From Thermoplasmata archaeon (GTDB lineage Archaea > Thermoplasmatota > Thermoplasmata > Lutacidiplasmatales > UBA184), in assembly GCA_030037875.1 (NCBI GenBank), contig JASHPV010000007.1, positions 10,041 through 74,040 of the forward strand: a DNA stretch of 64,000 nucleotides, written 5' to 3'. The notes under the pieces are model-generated. The model had not been told where the DNA came from and ran no database searches. It was given only the letters and a program-made list of their open reading frames with translations. The translations under genes were made by a program, and so were the position numbers. Every line of letters starts with the position of its first letter. Within the stretch, counting starts at the first letter, position 1. This document shows positions 8,934 to 18,301 of the stretch, one piece after another.

Positions 8934-9027
8934 CTGGGACAAAGCACTGGCCTTCTAAGCCAGCGAACTCGGGTTCAAAGGCCGGCGGGAAGTGATCTTC
9001 CTTTCGGCGGAAACTCCCGACAGGCCC
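8918..9027 (+). tRNA. tRNA-Arg (anticodon TCT) interrupted by a ~35-nt intron in the T-loop (position 59/60 or 60/61)
   Basis: Hand-folded. Acceptor GGGCCTG/CAGGCCC is 7/7 WC. D-stem GCTT/AAGC. Anticodon stem CTGGC/GCCAG with loop CTTCTAA. T-stem TCGGG (8968-72) pairs CCCGA (9015-19) only after skipping 8979/80..9013/14. A14, G18G19, A21, U33, G53, C61 are present. Confidence 0.6.
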
Positions 9028-9036
9028 GCTCGCCCG

Positions 9037-10110
9037 TCACGTCGGCGCGCTGCCGCCCACGAGCGCCGTGCACTTTTCGCAGAGCAGGCCCCTCGGGCCG
9101 GGCGGAATCGAATCTCCGCAGAGCGGGCACGTCGCGCGCGCGTCGGCGGCGGCGAGCAGCTCCGCGACGCTCGTCCGTAGCAACGGGTTCGCGGGAACGC
9201 CGGCCGAGCTGGGAGGAGAGCGAAGCCGGTCGGCGGACGGAGCGACCGCCTCGAGTTGCGGACGGTACTGCCCCGTGGGGCGGTCGAGCAGGACCAATCC
9301 CTTGGCGCTGAGGGTCTCCAAGCTCGACGTGGCGCGCTCTCGTACACCGCCGAAGACCGGCGCGAGGTCGATGGCAGTGACGCCCCGGGTTTCGAAGACG
9401 ATCTCGAGCGCCCGCGCGTTGGGCAGCGAGACGTCGCCCCGCGCGAGGTACCGGTCGAGCGCATGCGACACTCGAGAGGAACGGCGAACGTAGGCGACTC
9501 CCCTCAAGCGACCGTGCCGCAGATCCGGGAGCAGCCCGTTGTCGATGAGGTCGAGCTCGTAGCGAAGACGTTCCTCGGAAAGGTAGAGGAGGACGGCGGT
9601 GGAGAACGGGACGATCCCCGTCTGTCGCACGAACTGCGCCCACTCCGGCGGCGTGAAGAGATCGCTTCGAGGCGTCTTGCTGGGAACGCCGCGGGTCGCC
9701 TCCCGGTCCTGGAGCGCCGACCGGGGGAGGTACGTGTCGCGGAGGAGCAATCGGGCCATCGCCCGCACAGGGGTCGGGTCCGGGCCCAGCGGGACCAGCG
9801 TCGCCGCTCCGTCTTCTTCGATCGAAAGGGACCGGATCGGTCGCAAGAATTCCCACGCCGGGTCGGTGTCCACCGCCTGGGGAAACTCCAGCGTCAGGTG
9901 GTCGAAGGGGGTCTCGGATAGCAGGCCGTGGAGGATGGAGGGATACTCGGTCCCGTCGACGCGGGGAACGTAGGGCGTGAGCTTCTCGCGGCGCCGGGCC
10001 CGGTACTCCTCGAACGCTCGGTCGAGGGCCCGCCCGGAGTACTTGTCGTGAAGCTCCGGGGCTCCTCGACTGGCGATGGCGTGCAGTTCATCCGGCGACG
10101 CGCCCGTCAT
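9037..10110 (-). CDS. Hypothetical protein with winged-helix-like region and C-terminal Cys4 zinc ribbon (putative regulator)
   Basis: Internal ATG (MTGASPDEL..., 10110..10108) of ORF 9037..10281. C-terminal CPLCGDSIPPGPRGLLCEKC. Overlaps the GT4 gene stop by 23 nt, which suggests cotranscription. Confidence 0.45.
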   Translation of the reverse strand: MTGASPDELHAIASRGAPELHDKYSGRALDRAFEEYRARRREKLTPYVPRVDGTEYPSILHGLLSETPFDHLTLEFPQAVDTDPAWEFLRPIRSLSIEEDGAATLVPLGPDPTPVRAMARLLLRDTYLPRSALQDREATRGVPSKTPRSDLFTPPEWAQFVRQTGIVPFSTAVLLYLSEERLRYELDLIDNGLLPDLRHGRLRGVAYVRRSSRVSHALDRYLARGDVSLPNARALEIVFETRGVTAIDLAPVFGGVRERATSSLETLSAKGLVLLDRPTGQYRPQLEAVAPSADRLRSPPSSAGVPANPLLRTSVAELLAAADARATCPLCGDSIPPGPRGLLCEKCTALVGGSAPT

Positions 10111-11293
10111 TCGGTCTCCGTTCGTCCAGTAACATTTCGTAGAGAGCCATAAATCGAGTGGCGGTCCGTTCGATCGACGCCTCCCGACGCACGTACTCGA
10201 TCGCCGCGCGGCCGAGCCGATCCCGCTCGGAGCCGCTCGCGAGCAGGCCGGCGATTGCCGCGGCCAGCGCCCCGCTGCCATCCGGCGGCACGAGCCTCCC
10301 CGTCACGCCGTCCTCGATGAGCTCCCCCGGGCCGCCCACGTCGAAGGCGAGACAGGCCGACCCGCAAGCCATCGCTTCCAGGAGCGCCATCGAGGAGGTG
10401 TCCGAGGTCGATGGGAGAACGAACAGTTCCGACTGGGCGAGCAGGGAAGCCTTCTCCTCCTCGGCGATCGGACCGACGTACCGGACCCTTCCCGAGAGCC
10501 GGGGGTCGGAGCGGATCCGCTCCCGGACCCGCGTCTCTTCGGGACCCGCGCCGGCGACCAAACCGGCGAAGTCCTCTCGGCCGCTCAGGTCCGCCAGTGC
10601 ATCCAGGAAACGATGGATGCCCTTGTCGATGGTGAGCCGGCCGAAGTACGTTACGAGGGGAGCGGACGGGAGACCACAGCGCTCCCGCCAGTCGGGCACC
10701 GAGATACCGGGGTGGAAGCGTTCCACCTCGATGCCGTTCGGCACCACTTCCACCGGTCGCCGGAACGGCTTCCGGCTGTGCGCGACCACCCAGTTCTTCG
10801 CCGGCTGACTGGGAACGGTCGTGACGTCGCATCGGTAGTAGGAACCGAGCGCGTACCAGGAGGCCACACGGAAGAAGAACCGGATGGGGAGGGTCCGCGG
10901 AAAGCTCCCGCGCATCTCCCAGACGTTCGTGTGGAACGTCCCGACGAGCGGTTTCCGTAGGTGCCGTGCGGCGAGAAACGCCGTGCTTCCCATGATGCCC
11001 GGCGTGTGGAGGTGCAAGAGGTCGAACCGTCGGAAGTTCCGACCCCGTAGCTGCGAGAACGGGAAGATTCCCCATCGGTACTGTCCGTAGAGGGGGACCG
11101 GCAGGGAGCGGCTGCGAACGATCGTTACTCCATCGGCGGAGGTCTCCTCCGGGGTCGGTCCCCCGACGGGGCTCGGGGCGAACACGGTCACCGGATGGCC
11201 GAGCTCCGTCAGCTCCCGGGCGAGCGCGCTCGTGACCGTCGCCACGCCGTCGCGCGTCGGCAGATAGCTGTCGGTGAAGAACGCGACCTCCAT
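10088..11293 (-). CDS. GT4-family (GT-B fold) glycosyltransferase
   Basis: 401 aa. C-terminal EAMACGSACLAFDVGG...GVTG motif (E-x7-E type) is typical of GT4 retaining glycosyltransferases. Confidence 0.85.
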   Translation of the reverse strand: MEVAFFTDSYLPTRDGVATVTSALARELTELGHPVTVFAPSPVGGPTPEETSADGVTIVRSRSLPVPLYGQYRWGIFPFSQLRGRNFRRFDLLHLHTPGIMGSTAFLAARHLRKPLVGTFHTNVWEMRGSFPRTLPIRFFFRVASWYALGSYYRCDVTTVPSQPAKNWVVAHSRKPFRRPVEVVPNGIEVERFHPGISVPDWRERCGLPSAPLVTYFGRLTIDKGIHRFLDALADLSGREDFAGLVAGAGPEETRVRERIRSDPRLSGRVRYVGPIAEEEKASLLAQSELFVLPSTSDTSSMALLEAMACGSACLAFDVGGPGELIEDGVTGRLVPPDGSGALAAAIAGLLASGSERDRLGRAAIEYVRREASIERTATRFMALYEMLLDERRPNDGRVAG

Positions 11294-11313
11294 TGAACCT
11301 ACCCGCGAACCCG

Positions 11314-12081
11314 TCAGCTCACGATATTAAACGACCGTTGGAGTCGGCGGAGGTCCCGGTCCTCGAGGGTGCCCGGGTCGACGGAGGCCACGAAGGCGGA
11401 CCCGGTCTTCGCCACTTGGGCTGTAACGAAATTCACGAACTTGAGCGTCGTGTCGAGCGAATACTCGGTGCTCATCACCTCCAGCGCGTCCAGGTACACG
11501 AGCGCCCCGCCGCTCTCCTCGGTCGCCTCCTTGATCCGGCCCCCCAATCCCCCGGGGTCGAGCTCACCCTCCGACACGCTGAGGCCCGGACTGGGAAGGG
11601 CCAACCGCAGGACCTCGACCCGGCTTCGGGGGACGCCCGTGAATTCGGGCGGACTCGTGGTGACGCAGAGTAAACGTCGGTAGTCTCCCCCGACGCGACT
11701 CACGAAGGTCAGCGCGTGCCGGGGCCGATCCTCTCGGAACAGGTAGCTGTGACCTCGAACGAGGGGCGGGACCGATTCCGGTTCGGGACGCGAAGCGGCC
11801 GGGGGCCGGAGGAGGGCGCCCCAAGCCGGCCGTCGGGGGGGACCGAGAATGTTCCGCCGCTTGGCCGACACGTCCTCGCGGAGCCGGGCGAGGCGACTCT
11901 CGACGAGAACGCGGATTTCTCCCACGGTGTGTCCCCGGCCCACGTGCGAAAGTACTTCCCGGAATGCTTCGCGGAGTCCCTCCCCGTAGCCCTCGGAGTA
12001 CGCGTCGGCGTACTCCTCGTCCGGTGGGCCCCGGTCGCTGGACGGAGCCGCGGATGCAGATTCGTGAGGAGCTTCCGTCAC
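11314..12081 (-). CDS. DUF835 domain protein
   Basis: C-terminal ~140 aa (HSYLFREDRP...ALTFVSRV...LLCVTTSPPEF...LVYLDALEVM...FV..VDP) matches the archaeal DUF835 pattern. Low-complexity acidic N-terminus. ATGA overlap with the DUF35 stop. Confidence 0.55.
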   Translation of the reverse strand: MTEAPHESASAAPSSDRGPPDEEYADAYSEGYGEGLREAFREVLSHVGRGHTVGEIRVLVESRLARLREDVSAKRRNILGPPRRPAWGALLRPPAASRPEPESVPPLVRGHSYLFREDRPRHALTFVSRVGGDYRRLLCVTTSPPEFTGVPRSRVEVLRLALPSPGLSVSEGELDPGGLGGRIKEATEESGGALVYLDALEVMSTEYSLDTTLKFVNFVTAQVAKTGSAFVASVDPGTLEDRDLRRLQRSFNIVS

Positions 12082-12572
12082 GCGCGGGCCCGCGACGGGT
12101 CGGGGGAGAGGGCGGGCGTCGGGGCCGGTTCGGCCTCCCGACCGGCTCGCGGTCCGGTCCCGGCCTCCTCTTTGGGCGCGAACTTGTATCCGTAATGGAT
12201 GACCCCGGCCGCGCCTTCCTCACGCAGCTTTCGGAAGGTCGCGTGGACCTTGAGCCCGATCTTGACCTCCTCCGGCACCACGTTCACGACCTGGCCGGTG
12301 AGGAGCGGGCCTTCCACGGCCTTCACGATCGCCAGGGCGTAGGGGACCTGCATCTCGAACCCTTCGGCCGGCTCATGGACGATCGAGAAAGTGACCACCT
12401 CGCCTTCGCCGGAGAGCTGGAACGGTTCCATCTTCCCGAGCGACTGACGGTGGGCGGTGCAGGTGGGGCAGACCGTACGCGGTGGGAAATAGACGGTCGT
12501 GCAGACGCTGCACCGGGAACCGCCGAGGTTGTATCGTCGCGGAGTCTCTCGCCAGAAACGTGCGATCGTCAT
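12078..12572 (-). CDS. DUF35 Zn-ribbon/OB-fold protein (thiolase/HMG-CoA synthase-associated scaffold)
   Basis: CSVCTTVYFPPRTVCPTC zinc ribbon plus OB-fold. Sits immediately downstream of the thiolase, as in the archaeal mevalonate-pathway complex. Confidence 0.85.
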   Translation of the reverse strand: MTIARFWRETPRRYNLGGSRCSVCTTVYFPPRTVCPTCTAHRQSLGKMEPFQLSGEGEVVTFSIVHEPAEGFEMQVPYALAIVKAVEGPLLTGQVVNVVPEEVKIGLKVHATFRKLREEGAAGVIHYGYKFAPKEEAGTGPRAGREAEPAPTPALSPDPSRARA

Positions 12573-12583
12573 GGTGCTCTCCT

Positions 12584-13753
12584 TCAGTTCATCCGCTCGA
12601 GAACGGTCACGACACTGGTCGCGCCGGTGCCGCCGACGTTGTGCGCGAGCCCCACCTGGGCGCCAGCGACTTGTCGCTCTTTCGCCTCGCCTCGCAATTG
12701 ACGCACCAGCTCGACGACTTGGGCCACTCCGACCGCCCCGAAGGGCCGCCCTTGGGCCTTGAGGCCCCCGGAGGTGTTGATCTGCGTGGGGCCCTTGCCG
12801 AAGAAGCGTCCGTCGCGCATCGCCACGCCGCCCTCCCCCTTCGCCACGAAGCCCAGGTCCTCGAGCGCGACCAGTCCCCCGATCGAGTAGGCATCGTCGA
12901 TCTCAGCGACCTGGACATCCGATGGCTTCCGGCGCGCTTGGCTGAAGGCGCGCTTCCCCGCGAACACCGTCGAATCCATCGTTGTGAGGTCGCGTCGGTG
13001 ATGCAGCGCCATCGTGTCGCAGGCGACCTGGCTCGCCGCGATCTTGACCGGCGTGTCCGTATATTTCCGTGCCCCCTCGAGTGGGCCCAGCAGCACCGCG
13101 GCGGCCCCGTCCGATAGCGGCGCGCAGTCGAGCAGGCCGAGCGGGTCCGCCACCATGCCGGAATTGACCACCTGGTCGAGGGTCACCTTGTTCCGAAAAT
13201 GCGCGAGCGGGTTCTTCGAGGCCATCTGGTGGTCATGCACCGGCAGCGCGGCCAGGTCTTCTCGTCGCGTCCCGTACTCGTGCATGTGTTTCCGAGCGAC
13301 CATGGCCCAGAGGGACGGCAGGGTGGCACCGAAGACGAGCTCCCACTCGGTATCCGCCGTCGCGTCGACGATCCGCGCCGCCTCGGTGTCGGAGACGTCG
13401 GTCATTTTCTCGGCGCCCCCCACAACGACGAAGTCGTAGGCGCCGGACGCGACGGCCAGATAGCCCTCGTGCAGCGCCATGGCGCCGGAGGCGCCACCGG
13501 CTTCGACCCGGATCGCGGGGAGATGATGGCCGGCCAGACCGGCGTAGTCGAGGATCAGGGGAGCGATGTGCTCCTGTTCGAGGAAGGCCCCGCTCGCCAT
13601 GTTGCCCAGGTAGAGTCCGCCCAGGTCGTGCGACCCCAGCTTTCCATCGACGAGCGCTTGGAAGCCGGCCTCGATACCGATCTCGCGGAACGAGTGGTCC
13701 CACAGCTCGCCGAACTTGGTCATTCCGATGCCCAGGATCGCCACGTCGCGCAC
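12584..13753 (-). CDS. Acetyl-CoA C-acetyltransferase (archaeal thiolase)
   Basis: GTG start giving MRDVAILGIGMTKFG... inside ORF 12584..14251. Thiolase motifs (NTSGG, GHNVGGTG). Upstream ORF portion is a GC artefact. Confidence 0.9.
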   Translation of the reverse strand: MRDVAILGIGMTKFGELWDHSFREIGIEAGFQALVDGKLGSHDLGGLYLGNMASGAFLEQEHIAPLILDYAGLAGHHLPAIRVEAGGASGAMALHEGYLAVASGAYDFVVVGGAEKMTDVSDTEAARIVDATADTEWELVFGATLPSLWAMVARKHMHEYGTRREDLAALPVHDHQMASKNPLAHFRNKVTLDQVVNSGMVADPLGLLDCAPLSDGAAAVLLGPLEGARKYTDTPVKIAASQVACDTMALHHRRDLTTMDSTVFAGKRAFSQARRKPSDVQVAEIDDAYSIGGLVALEDLGFVAKGEGGVAMRDGRFFGKGPTQINTSGGLKAQGRPFGAVGVAQVVELVRQLRGEAKERQVAGAQVGLAHNVGGTGATSVVTVLERMN

Positions 13754-13755
13754 GG

Positions 13756-14817
13756 TCAGGCCTCCCCCATGTCGATCTTGCCGCGGAACTTCGCGTACAC
13801 CGAGTAGGAGAGTTCGACGCCCCCGTCGAGGAAGAACTGGACCGGTAGCCCGATGGAGCGGTTGTAGCCTGCGAGGGCGTCGGTGACGGTCAGGTCGAAC
13901 GCGTCCGAGCCGGCACCGGACCCGTACCCCACCACAAGGATCCGTTCTCCGGGCTTCGCGTGATCGAGGACGTTGGCGAGGCCGATGAGCGCCGCGGCCG
14001 AGTAGGTGTTCCCGATGCGCGGGGTCACCATGCCGTACTTCATCTGATCGTCCGTGAAACCGAGCTGGGTCCCGATCCGGCGGGGGAACTTGCCATTGGG
14101 CTGATGGAACACGACGTGGGTGTAGTCCTTCGTCGTGGTGCCGGCGGCCTGGAACATCGATTTCGCGCACTCGCTGACGTGACGGAAGTAGGCGGGCTCT
14201 CCGGTAAATCGCCCCCCGTGACTCGGATAGCGCTGGCCCTCTCGCCGCCAAAAGTCCGGCGTGTCGGTGGTGTAGGACACGGTGTGGTTCACCGTGGCGA
14301 TCACATTCTCTCGTCCGATCACGAGCGCACCCCCGCCGGCGCTCGCGGAGTACTCGAGCGCGTCTCCCGGCGCCCCTTGGGACGTATCGGTACCGATCGC
14401 CACCCCGTACCGGATCATCTCCGAGCGAACGAGACCGAGACAGGTCTGAATGGCCGCGGTGCCGGCCTTGCAGGCGAACTCGTAGTCCGCGGCGGTGAGA
14501 TGCGGGGTCGCGCCGACGGCGTGGGCCACGATCGTCGCGGTGGGCTTCACGGCGTACGGGTGCGATTCGCTTCCCACGTAGAGCGCGCCGATCTCCTGAG
14601 GATCGATCTTCGCCCGGAGGAGCGCCACGCGCAGCGCTTCCGTGCTGATGGTGATCGTGTCCTCGTCCGGGGCGGGCACGCTCTTGCGCTCGATGTTCAG
14701 CCCTTGGCCCATCGCCGCTCCATCGACTCCCCAGACCTGACCGATCTCCGCGGGGGTAATCCGGTAGCGCGGGACGTACACTCCATAGCTCACGATGCCG
14801 GCGTTCATGTTCTGCAT
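13756..14817 (-). CDS. Hydroxymethylglutaryl-CoA synthase
   Basis: [20 protein letters not shown]... (alternative start 14808). Catalytic Cys region [12 protein letters not shown]. The HMGCS/thiolase/DUF35 trio is contiguous. Confidence 0.9.
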   Translation of the reverse strand: MQNMNAGIVSYGVYVPRYRITPAEIGQVWGVDGAAMGQGLNIERKSVPAPDEDTITISTEALRVALLRAKIDPQEIGALYVGSESHPYAVKPTATIVAHAVGATPHLTAADYEFACKAGTAAIQTCLGLVRSEMIRYGVAIGTDTSQGAPGDALEYSASAGGGALVIGRENVIATVNHTVSYTTDTPDFWRREGQRYPSHGGRFTGEPAYFRHVSECAKSMFQAAGTTTKDYTHVVFHQPNGKFPRRIGTQLGFTDDQMKYGMVTPRIGNTYSAAALIGLANVLDHAKPGERILVVGYGSGAGSDAFDLTVTDALAGYNRSIGLPVQFFLDGGVELSYSVYAKFRGKIDMGEA

Positions 14818-14824
14818 ATTTGGT

Positions 14825-15502
14825 TCACAACTCTTCCAAGCGACGAAGGACATCGGTGGGACCGAGCGATGTCGCGAGAAGGGGAATGTTCTCCACCTCG
14901 CTCAGGCGGACGGCGAGCGGGTCGATTCGACCCGGGTTCGCGAAGATCACGGCGGCGGGCTTCAGCGGATGCGCGCGGACCGCCACCATCGGAGAACGGC
15001 CGTACTTTACGTTGGAAAAAATCAGCGCACGCTGGGTCGTCCAACCGTACACCTCGACGAACCGGGAGGCGTCCATCGACAGGATGGCGCGCGGGGCATC
15101 CAAGAGCGTGTAGCCATGGATGTCTCGCATGAGGTCGACCGTGCTCACGGCCTTGGCGTCGAGGAGCTCGGCGACCGATTTGAGGGGAATCGCCACGGCG
15201 AACTCCCGCATCCCGAGGATCCCCTCCGTGTGGGGCCGGCTCCCCAGGCGTTGGGCGATTCGACGCCCATTCCGGGTGTCGATCTCGAGAAGCGCGTCCA
15301 CATAGTGCCGGATGAACGTCGCGCCCGGGCTGGCGCGTCGCTCGGCCTCGTAGTCGGAGATGACAGACGGCACCGTGTCGAGAGCCTTCGATAGTTCTCG
15401 CTGCGAGACCTGGAACCCCTCCCGCCATTTCCGGAGCGTTCGTCCGGGATGGGGAGAAAGGACCACCTCGCCCGCGATCTTTTCGCGCAGCTCGGCCGCC
15501 AC
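14825..15502 (-). CDS. Putative transcriptional regulator (N-terminal XRE-type HTH plus conserved C-terminal domain, COG1395-like)
   Basis: N-terminal [29 protein letters not shown] is an HTH_XRE pattern. ~150-aa C-terminal domain. TATA-like element upstream. Confidence 0.55.
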   Translation of the reverse strand: MAAELREKIAGEVVLSPHPGRTLRKWREGFQVSQRELSKALDTVPSVISDYEAERRASPGATFIRHYVDALLEIDTRNGRRIAQRLGSRPHTEGILGMREFAVAIPLKSVAELLDAKAVSTVDLMRDIHGYTLLDAPRAILSMDASRFVEVYGWTTQRALIFSNVKYGRSPMVAVRAHPLKPAAVIFANPGRIDPLAVRLSEVENIPLLATSLGPTDVLRRLEEL

Positions 15503-15522
15503 ACGCCGCCGACTTTCTGTGG

Positions 15523-15530
15523 CATATAAA
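15523..15530 (-). promoter_or_regulatory. TATA box (TTTATATG on minus strand) for the regulator gene
   Basis: Plus strand reads catataaa, 21-28 nt upstream of ATG 15502 (leaderless-type). Confidence 0.3.
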
Positions 15531-15818
15531 GACTTGGCCCTGGTTGTCGTCCGAAGGGTTCGACAGCCATCGAAGTCCTCGCCGAGAACTCAGGCTGGAT
15601 GGGAAGTGGACTGGGCGAGATTTCCCGGTGCCGGAGGAGACGCCTCCGGCCCCTTTGAACTCGCGACCTCTACCTTGCCAAGGTAGCGATCTTCCGCTGA
15701 TCTACCAGCCCACCGAGGCGGCGGAGTACGGCCGGACAATAAGCACTTCGCCGCAGGGGTGCCCGTTCGCTGCCGAAATGGAAGAGTTAATGGGGACGTG
15801 GCCCGTCCGCGCCCACCG

Positions 15819-16178
15819 ATGGCCGACGATAGCTCGCCCGGCGAGCCACTCGCGACCCTGCTCAAGGGTAGCCGAGACCTGCTCAATCCGGAAGAGATAG
15901 TCCGGGAAGCGATCCGGGACGTCGTCAAGGACGAGATTCGGCACCACCTGGAGAAGACCCTCAAGGACGACCCCAAGCTGGCGCACGACCTCCGTGAGGG
16001 CGTCCGCGGGCTGCTCGAAGCTCGAGCCATGGAATACGCCGCCTTGCTCCGGGTGGGGGCCCTTACGGCCCGTCTGGGACTGGCCGCGGTGCCGGAGGAG
16101 CTACGGAGCAAGCTCACCGCCGAGGTGGTCGAGCTCTTCAGCCGAGAACTAGGCCAGATCGTGGAAAAATCGCTCTGA
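15819..16178 (+). CDS. Hypothetical acidic alpha-helical protein
   Basis: Internal ATG (MADDSSPGEPLATLL...) of ORF 15759..16178. Charged helical composition. Ends 11 nt before the PAC2 gene, which suggests an operon. Confidence 0.4.
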   Translation: MADDSSPGEPLATLLKGSRDLLNPEEIVREAIRDVVKDEIRHHLEKTLKDDPKLAHDLREGVRGLLEARAMEYAALLRVGALTARLGLAAVPEELRSKLTAEVVELFSRELGQIVEKSL

Positions 16179-16188
16179 GCTCTCGCCC

Positions 16189-17001
16189 ATGTTATCCGAC
16201 GAGGTCCGCATCTACGAGATCAAACGGGTCGACGTGGAGGGCGCCATCGTCCTCGACGGATTTCCGTCGGTCGGCTTGGTGAGCTCGATCGTCGCCAATT
16301 ATCTCATCGACACGCTCGAGATGGAGCAGATTGGGATCGTCGAGTCTCCGTCGTTCCCGACGGTGTCTCTCGTGAGGGACGGCAAGCCGCAGCACCCGGT
16401 CCGCATCTACTCGGGCACCCCGCCGCAGGGACGGAACGGTCGGGGCGCGGACCGGATCGTGGCGTTCATCTCCGAGTTTCAGCCGCCGCCGAACGTGATC
16501 CATCCCCTCGCCACCGCCATCTTGAACTGGGTCCAGGAACAGCGATGCGGTCTACTCGTCTCGCCCGAAGGGCTGGTCGTGGAGCCCGCGCCGGGGACCA
16601 AGGAGCACCGGCGACCCACCAAGGTACCGGAAGTACGAGTCTACGGGATCGCGAGCACGCGACGAGCGCAGGAGCTGTACATCGAACCGAACGTGACCCC
16701 CTTCATGGAGGGCGTGATCACCGGGATCGCCGGGGTGTTGCTCAACGAGGGTCGACGTCGGGGGTTCGATGTCCTGACGTTCCTGGCCGAGGCCAACCCC
16801 GAGTACCCGGACGCCCGCGCAGCCGCCAAGATCATCGAGACGATAAACCACATTCTCCTCCGGTCGGCCCTCGACCCCGAGCCGCTGATCCACGAAGCGG
16901 AGCGGATCGAGCAGCAGCTCCTCACGATCCAGCGCTCGGCCCAGGAACACCCCCGACCCGAGCGACCGGCGACGCCGCAGTCCGCGCCGATGTACCGGTA
17001 G
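16189..17001 (+). CDS. PAC2/DUF75-family protein (proteasome-assembly-chaperone-like)
   Basis: N-terminal LDGFPSVGLVSSIVANYLIDTL...GIVES...PVRIY pattern matches archaeal PAC2-family proteins. Confidence 0.55.
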   Translation: MLSDEVRIYEIKRVDVEGAIVLDGFPSVGLVSSIVANYLIDTLEMEQIGIVESPSFPTVSLVRDGKPQHPVRIYSGTPPQGRNGRGADRIVAFISEFQPPPNVIHPLATAILNWVQEQRCGLLVSPEGLVVEPAPGTKEHRRPTKVPEVRVYGIASTRRAQELYIEPNVTPFMEGVITGIAGVLLNEGRRRGFDVLTFLAEANPEYPDARAAAKIIETINHILLRSALDPEPLIHEAERIEQQLLTIQRSAQEHPRPERPATPQSAPMYR

Positions 17002-17005
17002 CGGT

Positions 17006-18301
17006 CTACCCCGGGCGCTTCGGGCTGCGCGGGGCGGTTTTCCGTCGCGAGACCGCGGGAAGAGATTTCGCGTGGGTTGACGAAGCCGGGATCCGTTCGA
17101 CCAACTCTCGCACCCCGGTGACGAACGCGTCGATGTCCTTCGGGGAGGTGTAGAAGTAGAACGACGCCCGGATGCTCCCCGGGAGGCTCCGCTCACGGTA
17201 CCACGAGTGCACGCAGTGCATCCCCGACCGGACCATCACGCGATACCCCTCGTCCAGGAAGAGCGCCGCGTCGTTCGGGTCGACGCCGTCGAGCGTGAAC
17301 GAGTAAATGCTGGGCCGTCGGGCGGGATCCTCGGGACCGAGCAGGTGGACCCGGGGTTCGTCCGCTAGGGCCCGGGTGGCTCGCGCGTTGACCGACCGGT
17401 CATGGGCATCCACCGCCTCCAGCCCGACGTGTTCCAGGTACCCGAGCCCTGCCGCCGCGCCGAGCACTCCCGCGTAATTCTGGAGGCCGGCCTCAAACCG
17501 GTGCGGCGGCGGTCGTAGCTGATGCTCGGTCAGCGTGGTCCATTCCACCGTCTCTCCTCCCACGATGAGCGGGGAGAGTCGAGCCAGGCGTTCCGGGGCT
17601 CCTGCCAGGAGACCGGTGCCGCTCGGTCCGAGCATCTTGTGAAGCGACAGTGTGTAGAAATCGACGCCTAGCTCGGCCAGGTTCACGCGCTGATGCGGGG
17701 CCGCCTGGCAGCCGTCGATCAGCACCTCGGCCTTCTTCCGATGGGCCCGTTCCACGATTTCCCGCACCGGAAGGGATCGCCCATCGAGGTTTGACGTGTG
17801 AAAGAAGCTCACGAGGCGGACGCCCCGGTCGAGCTCCCGGTCCAGCGACTCCGCATCGAAGGTCCCGTCGGAAGGCAACCGGAGATGGGCGAGTTGAATG
17901 CCGCGCTCGGCGGCCAGTCGCTGCCATACGACGAGGTTCGAGTTGTGTTCCTGGTCCGTTACGAGGACGCGATCCCCCGGCTTCCAGTCCAGGCCCTGGG
18001 CGACGAGATTGATCCCCTCGGTGGCGTTTCGCAAAAAGACGATTCCGTTCGGCGATGGAGCGCCGAGGAACCGGGCGAACGCCTCTCGGGTCCCTTCGTA
18101 CCGGTGCCCCACCTCCTCGGCGAACCGGTGTAGGCTGCGACCCGCGCATCCCGGGTAGTCTGTGTAGTATTCTTCCACCGCGTCGAGCACCGCGCGAGGG
18201 ACCAGCGACATGCACGCGGAGTCCAGGTAGACCGGTGGTGGCATGTCCGGCGTGCCCGCGAGCGCCGGGAAATCCTTGCGCAAGTGTTCGAGATTCGTCA
18301 A
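17006..18301 (-). CDS. Cysteine desulfurase (class V aminotransferase, SufS/CsdA-like)
   Basis: PLP-lysine motif SLHKMLGPSGTG. Active-site region near SGMHCVHS. 431 aa. Confidence 0.85.
   Translation of the reverse strand: MTNLEHLRKDFPALAGTPDMPPPVYLDSACMSLVPRAVLDAVEEYYTDYPGCAGRSLHRFAEEVGHRYEGTREAFARFLGAPSPNGIVFLRNATEGINLVAQGLDWKPGDRVLVTDQEHNSNLVVWQRLAAERGIQLAHLRLPSDGTFDAESLDRELDRGVRLVSFFHTSNLDGRSLPVREIVERAHRKKAEVLIDGCQAAPHQRVNLAELGVDFYTLSLHKMLGPSGTGLLAGAPERLARLSPLIVGGETVEWTTLTEHQLRPPPHRFEAGLQNYAGVLGAAAGLGYLEHVGLEAVDAHDRSVNARATRALADEPRVHLLGPEDPARRPSIYSFTLDGVDPNDAALFLDEGYRVMVRSGMHCVHSWYRERSLPGSIRASFYFYTSPKDIDAFVTGVRELVERIPASSTHAKSLPAVSRRKTAPRSPKRPG

Noticed and set aside
8975-9856. 293-aa minus-strand ORF overlapping the tRNA-Arg 3' half and the 9037..10110 gene
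   Set aside because: Out-of-frame Arg/Pro/Gly-rich artefact. The tRNA fold and the in-frame Zn-ribbon protein are better supported.
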